DNA of 64,000 nt from an uncultured virus (IMG/VR IMGVR_UViG_3300010885_030646). Its lineage: Duplodnaviria > Heunggongvirae > Uroviricota > Caudoviricetes. The stretch lies in the IMG/VR virus record IMGVR_UViG_3300010885_030646, positions 1 to 64,000 of that record, one strand, 5' to 3'. Of the stretch, positions 1-9,133 are shown piece after piece. Under the pieces are notes generated by a model, which had not been told where the DNA came from, did not search any database, and worked only from the letters and a program-made list of their open reading frames with translations. Numbering within the stretch: the stretch's first letter is position 1; every line of letters starts with the position of its first letter. A program made the translations under genes and the position numbers.

Positions 1-948
1 GGACTTGGTCTTATTGGACACAATGTTGTGCAACGATTAGAAGCACAAGGACACGACGTTGTCATTACCGACACTCGTACCAACTACGGTATTATTCCCC
101 AGGCTGAAGTTGACTACTTGATGTCAGAACGTTTGAAAAAGATATCAGGCAACAACATATATCACATTGACATTACCGATGCTGACAATGTTGATTGGCT
201 AGTAAATAAACACCAGCCTGAAGTGATTATTCACATGGCCAGTTTCCCCCGACAGAAAGTTGTCAATGCTAACCCTGCCTGGGGTAGTCGTGTGATGAGC
301 GAAGGTCTTATTAACATCTGTGAGAGTGCCAAAAAACACCATGTCAGTCGTGTAGTGTACATTAGCAGTAGCATGGTATACGGCGACTTTGATGATCAAG
401 TTGAAGAGGACTACAATTGCCGACCCATTGGCCAATATGGCATCTTAAAATTAACAGGAGAAGACATTGTCAAAGACTACCATCGTCGCGGCGCTTTTGA
501 TTACGCTATTATTAGGCCTAGTGCTGTATACGGCCCCTTGGATGTGGAGGACCGAGTTGTTGCAAAATTTATGCTCACAGCAATGCGAGGCGGCGTTCTC
601 CGAGTTAATGGGGCAGGGGAGACGTTAGATTTTACCTACGTAGATGATGCCGCTGATGGCATTGTGGCTGCCGCAACACTTGAACACGCACGTAATGATA
701 CATACAATATTACCAAATCACATTCAGTGAGTTTGTTACAAGCCGCAGAAATGATTGTGAAGATTGTGGGCCAAGGCACCATTGAATGTCGCGACAAAGA
801 TGCAGACTTTCCCAGTCGCGGTGCATTAAATATCACCAAGGCCCGGGCTGTACTAGGATATGATCCCCAAGTGGATGTAGAAGAAGGATTCGAAAATTAC
901 TTCAACTGGCTTAACAATTCCGTTTACTGGTCTCCGAAAACAGTATAA
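1..948 (+). CDS. NAD-dependent nucleotide-sugar epimerase/dehydratase (extended SDR), 5'-truncated by the window edge
   Basis: Frame 1 is open from base 1 (GLGLIGHNVV, the end of a GxxGxxG Rossmann motif). Also HMAS, ISSSMVYG, catalytic YGILK (YxxxK), RPSAVYGP and DFTYVDD. Confidence 0.93.
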   Translation, partial: GLGLIGHNVVQRLEAQGHDVVITDTRTNYGIIPQAEVDYLMSERLKKISGNNIYHIDITDADNVDWLVNKHQPEVIIHMASFPRQKVVNANPAWGSRVMSEGLINICESAKKHHVSRVVYISSSMVYGDFDDQVEEDYNCRPIGQYGILKLTGEDIVKDYHRRGAFDYAIIRPSAVYGPLDVEDRVVAKFMLTAMRGGVLRVNGAGETLDFTYVDDAADGIVAAATLEHARNDTYNITKSHSVSLLQAAEMIVKIVGQGTIECRDKDADFPSRGALNITKARAVLGYDPQVDVEEGFENYFNWLNNSVYWSPKTV

Positions 949-2005
949 CAATCTCCGTACAGAGATTCTAGACGTCACCGACGAAGTTCTTCGCGGTGGC
1001 CAACTCATGAACGGCAACAATACTGCAGAGTTTGAATCATGGTTGGCTCGAAAGAACCATGTACGCTATGCAGTAACTTGTCATTCTGGCACACACGCAC
1101 TTGAGATATTGGCCGGATATTGGGCCACGGAATCTCCTGTGCCGCATCCTCCTACTGTGTTAATTCCTGCAATGACTTACGTGGCCACTGCCAATGCATT
1201 TATACGTGCAGGATGGGATATACACATCATTGACACAGATGCACAGGGATTAATCGATCTTACTAAAATTCCCACAGGCATAAGTTACCAAGCAGTGGTG
1301 TTGGTCGGTCTATATGGCGCCGCTGTCACACATCACGGCAGTGTTCGTACCTGGGAACACTGGATACAACATGATACTCTCGTAATTGAAGATGCTGCCC
1401 AACATTGGTTAGCTGCCGACTGCACAAGGATAGGCAAAGGTGGTGCAGCCATCAGTTTTGATCCTATGAAAAATCTTGCTTGTTATGGCAATGGCGGTGC
1501 TGTGGTCACAGACAACTTAGATCTAGCAGAATATGCTAGATCGTGGCGAGACAATGGTAAACCTACACATAAGAACACAGGAACTAACAGTCGCATGAGC
1601 GAATTAGACTGTGCGCACATGTTGGTTAAATCCAAACACATCGATCGTTGGCAAGCACGTAGACAAAAGATCTCAGACCACTGGGCAGATCGGTTTAAAG
1701 ACACTGGAATACGTTGTTTAATCAACGACACCAATGCACACAATCATGCGTTTCATAAGTTTGTTATTGATGTTGACAAACGAGATATATTAAAAGCCAA
1801 TCTTGCACTGTGCAAAATTGACACGCGAGTACACTATGCGACTCCATTGCAAGAAATCAGTTTGTATCGTATGTTTCCAGGACCTGACATGTTGGCAGCA
1901 AGTTCTAGTCTAGCTCGGCGTGTACTAAGCCTGCCTATCTACCCCGAACTTACAGACCTAGAAGTCGAATACATCAGCGATCAGGTTGTAAACTGCGTCG
2001 CATAA
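896..2005 (+). CDS. DegT/DnrJ/EryC1/StrS family PLP-dependent sugar aminotransferase (start uncertain; ORF track begins at 1007)
   Basis: SGTHAL, PAMTYVATANA, IEDAAQ, SFDPMKNL (PLP lysine), YGNGGAVVT, GTNSRM, LSLPIYPEL. The family-typical N-terminus IPFTGLRKQYNNLRTEILDVTDEVLRGG is in frame upstream of ATG 1007. Confidence 0.92.
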   Translation: MTSTGLTIPFTGLRKQYNNLRTEILDVTDEVLRGGQLMNGNNTAEFESWLARKNHVRYAVTCHSGTHALEILAGYWATESPVPHPPTVLIPAMTYVATANAFIRAGWDIHIIDTDAQGLIDLTKIPTGISYQAVVLVGLYGAAVTHHGSVRTWEHWIQHDTLVIEDAAQHWLAADCTRIGKGGAAISFDPMKNLACYGNGGAVVTDNLDLAEYARSWRDNGKPTHKNTGTNSRMSELDCAHMLVKSKHIDRWQARRQKISDHWADRFKDTGIRCLINDTNAHNHAFHKFVIDVDKRDILKANLALCKIDTRVHYATPLQEISLYRMFPGPDMLAASSSLARRVLSLPIYPELTDLEVEYISDQVVNCVA

Positions 2006-4805
2006 ACGCATAACTGGCCAACCAAGACCACTCATAGCTCTTCTTCAAGTCTGCAAAGTTGCCGGCTACTTGGTCGTAGTATTCCACAGCATCTTCGGCG
2101 CCCCATTGACTCCATTCGGCATTTTTAGCTTCACCAGCATTGCTGAGCCACATGTTAAGTCTGTATTCACTTTCGACATCGGGTAAACTGGCTTTTAATT
2201 TAAGAACTTCACGGAATGCAGTGCGCCAAGCTGTCCAAGGTGTTTCATTATAATTGGCTACACCACTAAGCACGGGCACAACTTCGTGCGGTTGATCTAA
2301 TGTAAAGTCCAATCCTGCTCCAGTATTCTTCAACACCATTTTTTTGTTGTAGGCAATCATGGCTTGGTGACCATATGTTAATCCATTTACAGGATTGTAT
2401 GCGTGGAAGATATAGTGTTTGGGTTGTTGCATACGATCAGGTTGCCAGGTCCAATCAAACATTTGATTCACTTCTAGCTTGGCAAACACAGCAAAGAACC
2501 AAGGCGTGGTGCTGGCTCTAGCAGCCGCATGATACGCTGCCACTCGTCCATTTACACCTTCTACCACATGAGCGCGGTTTGTGTACCTTGACTCGTTGGC
2601 CAGATATATTGTCATCTGCAAATAATTAGATCCAGCATTAGGTTCGCCATTGCTGATAAACACAATGTCCAATGGTTGATCTGTTAACTTGCGATGTGTT
2701 CGATCTATGTGTGTGTAGTCATACAACTGTGTGCGAATGTCACCTACTGCTACTCTCGGCACAATTACACTAGTGGCACCTGAACTTAGTGGCACAATAG
2801 TTTTGGTCTCTTTGCGCCACAAAGGCACAGTAAACACATCAGAGCACACAGTGTCTACAGTGGTAAATGTGGCCAATGGACCCGACCATGTTGTGTTTTT
2901 AACTACATCAACATGACTGTCTTCTGTGTGTTGGATCACAGGCATGGGTCTGCGTGGAACACGAATTTTAGGCACATAGTTTACACTGTACCATTCCAGC
3001 AGAGCTTTCTTTTCTGCACGAGCCGCAAATGTAGGAACATGCATATAAAATGTATCTCCAAACTTTTGTTCATTGCTGGCAAATACATGTAGCATGGTAC
3101 TTTGCCATTTTTCTGGATGCCACGAAAAGTCAAAGTCTGTGTAGTCACAAATACTGCTACACACCCATACAAACTCATGCTCACCAACAAGACTCTTTGC
3201 CAACCGTATCAGAGTATCTCTATAGTTGTCAAAGTAACGCACCTTCTTTATGGCTCCGGGAACTTGTCCTCCAGCACCATCCAGGTGATCTATTTCAATA
3301 ACAGGAACTGTGACTGTTTCAATCTTGATCTCTACATGCTCAAGGTATTTGATTTCTGTTGCGCCTGACACATGATACTGTGGACCACCGGTCTTTTGCC
3401 ATTGTGTAGCAAACTGATAGATGTAAGCGGGTTCGCCAGGATCCGGAACCCAAGTGAAGTCCACGTGTTCTTCACGCACACCCTCAGGTAGCACCCACAT
3501 TGTTTTGTTGGGTAATAGTGCGGCTCTGGGGTAGTCCATGTACTTGACGGGCAATTCTTGATCCTGGGGCTCAGAACAATAACGCAACATGGGCATTTTC
3601 TCTGCAGGCCAGTGTTGATTTCCAAACACATATATCATAGGCGGCTCTCCTGGATCGGGCTGCCAAGAGTAGTCGAACTCATAATCATGATGACTGATGT
3701 TGTCCCAGTGTAGCTGTGTTTCCGGCAACTGAGCACGTGGGTAATCCATGTACTTGTGTTCAGTAGCACCAGGCACAGTGTATGTAACAGTGGGCATGAT
3801 CTCTGCTGAATGCCACTGATTACCAAACACGTAGATGTAGGGTGGATCTCCTGGATCTGGAATCCATGAATAATCCCAGTCGCACTGTTGTATAGTGTGC
3901 CACTTGTTGTCTTGCCGTACAGGTAATTTAGCCCGGGGATAATCCATGTACTTGCGTTCAGTGGCATGGCCCACACAGTATTCCACTGTGGGCATGATCT
4001 CTGCTGTGTGCCATTCATTGCCAAACACATATATGTAATCTGGATCTGTAGGATTGGGTCTCCAACTATGATCAAAGTCAGCAATATCGTGCAACACGCC
4101 GAAGTCTGCAGGACTAGATGCTACAGTAGCCACAATATTATCTACATACTTGATTTCTGTGCTGCCAGGCACTGTATAAACTATAGTAGGTTCTAATACT
4201 CCAGGATTCCATTGATTGCCAAACACATACGTATAAGGAGGATCAAAAGGATTTGGTTCCCAAGAATAATCAAACTTGCTCACTGCCAGGTTATGCGCAA
4301 ACAACTGTGGCTGTGGTAATCTCGTTGTTTTTAAATCCATGTATTTGCGTTCTGTTGCTCCAGGAACAACATACTCTACACTGGCTTTATATTCAGGCGA
4401 GTTCCACTGATTACCAAATACATAGATATAAGGTGGCTCTGCTGGATCTGGATGCCAGGACCAATCCCATGCCTCTTGATCTATTGTTTCGTGTATTTTC
4501 CATGAATCTTCATTGTTAATTCTATGCAATACTACATCAGTGTGATAGGTTGTGTCTGTATAACCTGCCGCAGGAACAAGATACGTGCCGGAATCTTTTT
4601 GCCACTGACTTGCCCATGCATGTCGTTGGTGTGCTTGCCAAGGCACAGGTTCCCAAAGAAAATCAAAGCCAGAGTAGTCCGATAAGTAATTTACAAACCA
4701 AAAGAAACGTGTGCGACTCTGCTGTTGTGCTTGTTCAATGGTATCTACTGCCTGCTCATGCGCAAACAAATTGGGCTTTTTTCCAGAATAAAATACATCA
4801 AACAT
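1974..4805 (-). CDS. 943-aa repeat-containing protein with C-terminal GT-A-like domain
   Basis: Six clear ~66-aa repeats ((F/W)DxSWxPxPxxPxYIYVFGNQW...KYMD). The C-terminal domain parallels 24659..25585 (VxGVxG..AA.xAAAxAS.T; N.xNGLxYG; AWRxxFRExxK). Confidence 0.7.
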   Translation of the reverse strand: MFDVFYSGKKPNLFAHEQAVDTIEQAQQQSRTRFFWFVNYLSDYSGFDFLWEPVPWQAHQRHAWASQWQKDSGTYLVPAAGYTDTTYHTDVVLHRINNEDSWKIHETIDQEAWDWSWHPDPAEPPYIYVFGNQWNSPEYKASVEYVVPGATERKYMDLKTTRLPQPQLFAHNLAVSKFDYSWEPNPFDPPYTYVFGNQWNPGVLEPTIVYTVPGSTEIKYVDNIVATVASSPADFGVLHDIADFDHSWRPNPTDPDYIYVFGNEWHTAEIMPTVEYCVGHATERKYMDYPRAKLPVRQDNKWHTIQQCDWDYSWIPDPGDPPYIYVFGNQWHSAEIMPTVTYTVPGATEHKYMDYPRAQLPETQLHWDNISHHDYEFDYSWQPDPGEPPMIYVFGNQHWPAEKMPMLRYCSEPQDQELPVKYMDYPRAALLPNKTMWVLPEGVREEHVDFTWVPDPGEPAYIYQFATQWQKTGGPQYHVSGATEIKYLEHVEIKIETVTVPVIEIDHLDGAGGQVPGAIKKVRYFDNYRDTLIRLAKSLVGEHEFVWVCSSICDYTDFDFSWHPEKWQSTMLHVFASNEQKFGDTFYMHVPTFAARAEKKALLEWYSVNYVPKIRVPRRPMPVIQHTEDSHVDVVKNTTWSGPLATFTTVDTVCSDVFTVPLWRKETKTIVPLSSGATSVIVPRVAVGDIRTQLYDYTHIDRTHRKLTDQPLDIVFISNGEPNAGSNYLQMTIYLANESRYTNRAHVVEGVNGRVAAYHAAARASTTPWFFAVFAKLEVNQMFDWTWQPDRMQQPKHYIFHAYNPVNGLTYGHQAMIAYNKKMVLKNTGAGLDFTLDQPHEVVPVLSGVANYNETPWTAWRTAFREVLKLKASLPDVESEYRLNMWLSNAGEAKNAEWSQWGAEDAVEYYDQVAGNFADLKKSYEWSWLASYAFMRRSLQPDR
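3340..4470 (-). repeat. Coding tandem repeat, about six units of ~200 bp (boundaries approximate)
   Basis: Peptide units WDWSWHPDPAEPPYIYVFGNQW, FDYSWEPNPFDPPYTYVFGNQW, FDHSWRPNPTDPDYIYVFGNEW, WDYSWIPDPGDPPYIYVFGNQW, FDYSWQPDPGEPPMIYVFGNQH and VDFTWVPDPGEPAYIYQFATQW. The DNA string gtgggcatgatctctgctg recurs near 3790 and 3988. Confidence 0.9.
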
Positions 4806-5919
4806 GATAAGAATAGACGAGATTTATAATAATACCTTTTGGCCTTGGTTACATAAAAATAAACCAGGTACGAGATTGTTTTTTTGTGATCCGCCGGGAA
4901 GAACCGACCCGGATGCTTTATTTAACTTGGGCAGTGATGACATTGTAGAAACCGACTACGTGTGGATGCACGATCAAGAACCGTGTTGGACGGAAGAATA
5001 TCGGCCATTGTTTGATGATGTAGCAAGACGGAATACGGACTTGTGGTGGCATCAATACAATCAAGTAAAACCAGAACAATTTGGACATGTTGTTGTAAGC
5101 GAGCGCGGCGAGTATGTTGAGCAACTTTGTGCCGCATATGGATGGAAAAGTCACTATTATTTTTACCATGGGTGGGCTTGTCAAGACTGGTTCCGTGGAT
5201 ATGATAAGTCATTCTTAATTCCTCGTGCAAGAGATCGTGCGCCCACAAAAACTTTTATGAGTCCCAATCGTATCGTAGGCGGCAAGCGTGATCATCGTGT
5301 GTTGTTTTTGTATAATATATTCAAACAAGGGTTAGAGCATAATCATATCAGTGTGCCACGAGTATGCCAATACGAAAATGTTGACATAAGTGTTGTGGCC
5401 AACAAGTATTGTAACACATATCCAGATATTTCGCAAGTGTTTGAAAGTGCCGCTTTACCGAGATTGTTTGAAGGAGAAGAGTCACAACAAATGACCAGTT
5501 GTTGGCTAGGCAACTATGCAGAAGCACAAGACAGTTTGGTATATGTTCCTACCGAAACTGTATACTTTGGCCGCAGAACACACATAACAGAAAAAACATT
5601 TAAAGCAATTGCATTAGAAATGCCATTTGCATTGGTTGCACCTGCCCACAGTTTGGAGTATATGCGCAGTTACGGATTTAAAACATTTAATGACATATTT
5701 GACGAAAGTTACGACACCGAAACTGATGACGTACTGCGTGTAGAAAAGGTTACTCGATTATTAAAAGACTTAGACAATCAAAGTGCGAGAGAACGTCAAT
5801 CAATACATCGTGCATGTTTACCTATAGTGGAACACAACTTCCGACACTTTTACATGGGCGGATTAACAAATATATTATGGCCGGAACTAACTGGCATGCT
5901 CCATGGCTTACGCAAATAA
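4804..5919 (+). CDS. TEK-motif protein, putative glycosyltransferase (GT10/GT-B-like C-terminal domain), paralog 1
   Basis: PTETVY...HITEKTFKAIALEMPF...GFKTFNDIFDESYD. Resembles the EN...YxTEK...PIV motif of alpha-1,3-fucosyltransferase-type enzymes. Confidence 0.55.
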   Translation: MIRIDEIYNNTFWPWLHKNKPGTRLFFCDPPGRTDPDALFNLGSDDIVETDYVWMHDQEPCWTEEYRPLFDDVARRNTDLWWHQYNQVKPEQFGHVVVSERGEYVEQLCAAYGWKSHYYFYHGWACQDWFRGYDKSFLIPRARDRAPTKTFMSPNRIVGGKRDHRVLFLYNIFKQGLEHNHISVPRVCQYENVDISVVANKYCNTYPDISQVFESAALPRLFEGEESQQMTSCWLGNYAEAQDSLVYVPTETVYFGRRTHITEKTFKAIALEMPFALVAPAHSLEYMRSYGFKTFNDIFDESYDTETDDVLRVEKVTRLLKDLDNQSARERQSIHRACLPIVEHNFRHFYMGGLTNILWPELTGMLHGLRK

Positions 5920-7090
5920 CTTTGTTGCTGACCGCATAGTTCGTAACAAAGCATATCCAGCACTGGCACGTTGGTCGGCACAGCCATACACCTCTGAGTG
6001 GAGACAATTTGTACAGCATTGGCCCAACACAGTTCCTGCTGAGTTGTACGAACATTTCAACACACACAGCATAGAGTACAAGTTATCTGACTTTAACAAT
6101 ATCGTTACAGGATCTTACTACACAGTAGGGCTAGGTTTTTTTAACTTTGATGTTGACTACTTTGCCTTAATGACGGAAGTAGTGCGACGTCAGTTACGCC
6201 GCGAAGAACTAACTGTGCTGTTTTACTATCACGAAGGCGACAATCCATTCCGTATCCGAGATCGACTAGATGAACTGTGTCAAAATCATTTGCTGCCGCC
6301 TAACTGCTACCGGTTTGTCAGTGGCAATACAGCAGCCAATGGCATTCCAGGCTTTGCATATTTTCCAGATCACGAACTTCTATACTGGCATCGTAATCAA
6401 CAAATACCCCCAACACCCGTACACTCAAATAAACGATTGCGCGACTTTACAGTACTAAGCAGAACACACAAATGGTGGCGTGCCACTGTGATGACAGACT
6501 TGCATCGTACAGGGTTGTTGAACAATAGTTATTGGAGTTACGGAACTGACGTTGCTACAGACGAAGCCGAAACTGACAATCCTATTGAAGTTGACACTCT
6601 TGGAATCAGGACAGATATTGAACAATTTTTAAGCAACGGCCCGTACACATGCGACACACTTACACCGGAACAACACAACGATCATCACTTAATAGAAACC
6701 AATCATTTCACAGATAGTTACTGTAACATCATATTAGAAACACATTTTGATGCAGACGGGTCAGGCGGTGCGTTTTTAACTGAAAAAACATTCAAAGCAA
6801 TCAAACACGGACAACCTTTTGTTGTGGTGGGCTGTGCAGGATCCTTGTCTGCATTGCGAGACCTAGGATATCGCACATTCGATCACGTTGTGGACAACAG
6901 TTACGATACTATACAAGATAATACTGAACGTTGGATTGCAGTGCGCAACACAATCACTCAATTAAAGTCGCAAAACTTACACGCCTGGTTTGAATCCTGT
7001 CGAAGTGATGTTGAACACAATCAACAGTTATTTTGTAGCACAAAAGCCGGCAGATTAAATACTCTATTAGAAAGAATACACAATGATTAA
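5903..7090 (+). CDS. TEK-motif protein, putative glycosyltransferase, paralog 2
   Basis: ILETHF...FLTEKTFKAIKHGQPFVVVG...LGYRTFDHVVDNSYD. Confidence 0.55.
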   Translation: MAYANNFVADRIVRNKAYPALARWSAQPYTSEWRQFVQHWPNTVPAELYEHFNTHSIEYKLSDFNNIVTGSYYTVGLGFFNFDVDYFALMTEVVRRQLRREELTVLFYYHEGDNPFRIRDRLDELCQNHLLPPNCYRFVSGNTAANGIPGFAYFPDHELLYWHRNQQIPPTPVHSNKRLRDFTVLSRTHKWWRATVMTDLHRTGLLNNSYWSYGTDVATDEAETDNPIEVDTLGIRTDIEQFLSNGPYTCDTLTPEQHNDHHLIETNHFTDSYCNIILETHFDADGSGGAFLTEKTFKAIKHGQPFVVVGCAGSLSALRDLGYRTFDHVVDNSYDTIQDNTERWIAVRNTITQLKSQNLHAWFESCRSDVEHNQQLFCSTKAGRLNTLLERIHND

Positions 7091-8102
7091 TTCCTACACC
7101 AGTTGGCAACCCTTAGAAGAAGTTATTGTAGGTCGTGCATACAGCCCAGACTACTTTGACTTCATTGAAGATCCGCAAGTGCGTAACCAATTACAACAGA
7201 TCTTACACGAAACAGAAGAAGATTTAAATAACTTGCAAAAGACAATTGAAACTTATGGTGCTCGTGTACGTAGACCTAATTTGCCGCCCAAGGATCAATT
7301 TGTATGGTGGCAAACAGAAAACGGTGGTGCACCGCTGCCTCCACTGACTCCGCGTGATTGGCAAATCAGTCTAGGACAAAAGTTACTGCGTGTGTTGCCA
7401 ATGGAAGAACTGGACGACATTTGTGCAGAATATGCAGACCAAGTGATCAGTCCACACAACGGTCGCTGGGATGCTGACTGCATTCTTAACCAAGCAAGTG
7501 CCAGTTGTATTGTACGTGTAGGGCGTGACGTATTCTTTGACAACAGTGATTATCTAAAGCCAGAACAAACTCGTTGGATTGTGGACAACTGCTTGGGCCC
7601 AGAGTATCGTATACACGAAGCAGTAACAGACGGCCACGGCGATGCTGTGTTTGCTATTCTCAAGCCTGGTGTTATCTTGTCCAGCAAGCACGATGTTAAC
7701 TTAGACTTAGCCAAGGACTTTCCAGGGTGGGAAGTGCTAAAGATTTGGGACTCAAGTATCTGGGCCGCAATGGAAATAGGCAAGTTCAAATACGAACAAA
7801 GTCCCGGAGCATGGTATGTGCAAGGGCAAACGCCCACACAGGAGTTTACCAAGTTTGTAGACACCTACTTGAACAAGTGGACCGGCTTTGTTGATGAAAC
7901 AGTATTTGATGTCAACTGTTTAGTGCTGGATGAAGAAAATGTTATCTTCAGTGCTTACAATAGAGATGTGTTTGATTTCTGTAAACAGCATCGTATTAAT
8001 CCTATTATCAGTGAACTGCGTCACAGTTACTTCTGGGACGGTGGCATCAGTTGTTGTACACAGGATTTGACACGCCGAGGCGGTTTAGAAACATATCTAT
8101 AA
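7083..8102 (+). CDS. Amidinotransferase (glycine / inosamine-phosphate amidinotransferase family, pentein fold)
   Basis: N-terminal NSYTSWQPLEEVIVG, PRD, GRD, GHGDAVF (catalytic His), FDVNCLVLD and C-terminal WDGGISCCTQDLTRRG (catalytic Cys). Confidence 0.88.
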   Translation: MINSYTSWQPLEEVIVGRAYSPDYFDFIEDPQVRNQLQQILHETEEDLNNLQKTIETYGARVRRPNLPPKDQFVWWQTENGGAPLPPLTPRDWQISLGQKLLRVLPMEELDDICAEYADQVISPHNGRWDADCILNQASASCIVRVGRDVFFDNSDYLKPEQTRWIVDNCLGPEYRIHEAVTDGHGDAVFAILKPGVILSSKHDVNLDLAKDFPGWEVLKIWDSSIWAAMEIGKFKYEQSPGAWYVQGQTPTQEFTKFVDTYLNKWTGFVDETVFDVNCLVLDEENVIFSAYNRDVFDFCKQHRINPIISELRHSYFWDGGISCCTQDLTRRGGLETYL

Positions 8103-9133
8103 TGTTTGTCATTCCAATTGCTAACCAGCACTCGTACAATTCAATACCGCGTAATGCAGATTTAAAATTAACCATTGACAATCACTGCAATGCGCCCAGT
8201 CGCCAATTGGTTATAGACTGGAAAGGTGATTGTTTTGTATGTGGGTGCGAAGCATGGTTACCGATCAGTGTGGGACAAATTTCAGACTTTGATTCATTGG
8301 CCAGTGTATGGAATAGTAATACAGCGTTGGCATTACAAGCAGATATTGATTCCGGTGCATATACACATTGTGCTGTTGATCGGTGTGGTGTGGTACATGC
8401 CAGCAAGATAGACAAAACACACGTGGTCAGTATCAATGTTGACGAAAGTTGTAACCTACGTTGTCCCAGTTGCAGACCTGCGGCAATAATGATCAACTCA
8501 GGTCCCGAATATGATCAAAAACTAGCACAGGTACAACACATACGCCGATTGTTAGAAGAGTTTGCAGAGCCCTGTCACATTGTGATGAGTGGCAACGGAG
8601 ATCCATTGGCCAGTGCTATTATGCGTCCATTGATACGAGAGTTTCGGCCCGGCCACAATCAAACTATTCGGCTGTTCACCAATGGCCTATTGCTAAAAAA
8701 ACAACTAGATGATTCTCCTATCCTTGATCACATCACACAGTATTTTATCAGCATAGATGCAGGCTCTGCTGGTGTGTATGAACGTGTGAGATTAGGCGGG
8801 CAATGGTCTCAATTGATTGCTAACCTAACTTGGTTGCAAGACACTGCTAAACGTACAGGTGCAGAAGTACTGTTAAAGTTTGTGCTACAACAAGACAACT
8901 ATCAAGACATGCAGAACTTCTGTCGACTATGTGTTGATATGGGCTTTAGTGGTGTTATCAATCGACTAGAAGATTGGGGCACCTGGGCCGATTACGCTGT
9001 GCATGATGTGATTGGTAACGCCGAACATACAGATCATCTGGCGGCCATGTATTTCTTAACCAGTGCATACTCAGAGTATGCAGGGCGTATACAGTTTAAT
9101 CCCAGTCTAGAAGAAATGTGTCATGCCCAATAG
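8102..9133 (+). CDS. Radical SAM protein with N-terminal Cys-rich (Twitch-like) module
   Basis: CNLRCPSC (CX3CX2C), GNGDPL, TNG, ISIDA. N-terminal CNAP...DCFVCGC...HCAVDRC. Start placed at ATG 8102, a TAATG overlap with the upstream stop. Confidence 0.9.
   Translation: MFVIPIANQHSYNSIPRNADLKLTIDNHCNAPSRQLVIDWKGDCFVCGCEAWLPISVGQISDFDSLASVWNSNTALALQADIDSGAYTHCAVDRCGVVHASKIDKTHVVSINVDESCNLRCPSCRPAAIMINSGPEYDQKLAQVQHIRRLLEEFAEPCHIVMSGNGDPLASAIMRPLIREFRPGHNQTIRLFTNGLLLKKQLDDSPILDHITQYFISIDAGSAGVYERVRLGGQWSQLIANLTWLQDTAKRTGAEVLLKFVLQQDNYQDMQNFCRLCVDMGFSGVINRLEDWGTWADYAVHDVIGNAEHTDHLAAMYFLTSAYSEYAGRIQFNPSLEEMCHAQ

Noticed and set aside
875..880. Genome-wide stop-codon reassignment (ATG TAG before DegT; TAA at 9402)
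   Set aside because: Nearly all genes, including the 14.5-kb ORF, are intact under the standard code, and the two interruptions involve different codons.
3340..4470. Diversity-generating retroelement TR/VR pair
   Set aside because: No reverse transcriptase is seen, the differences between repeats are not adenine-specific, and all copies lie in one ORF.
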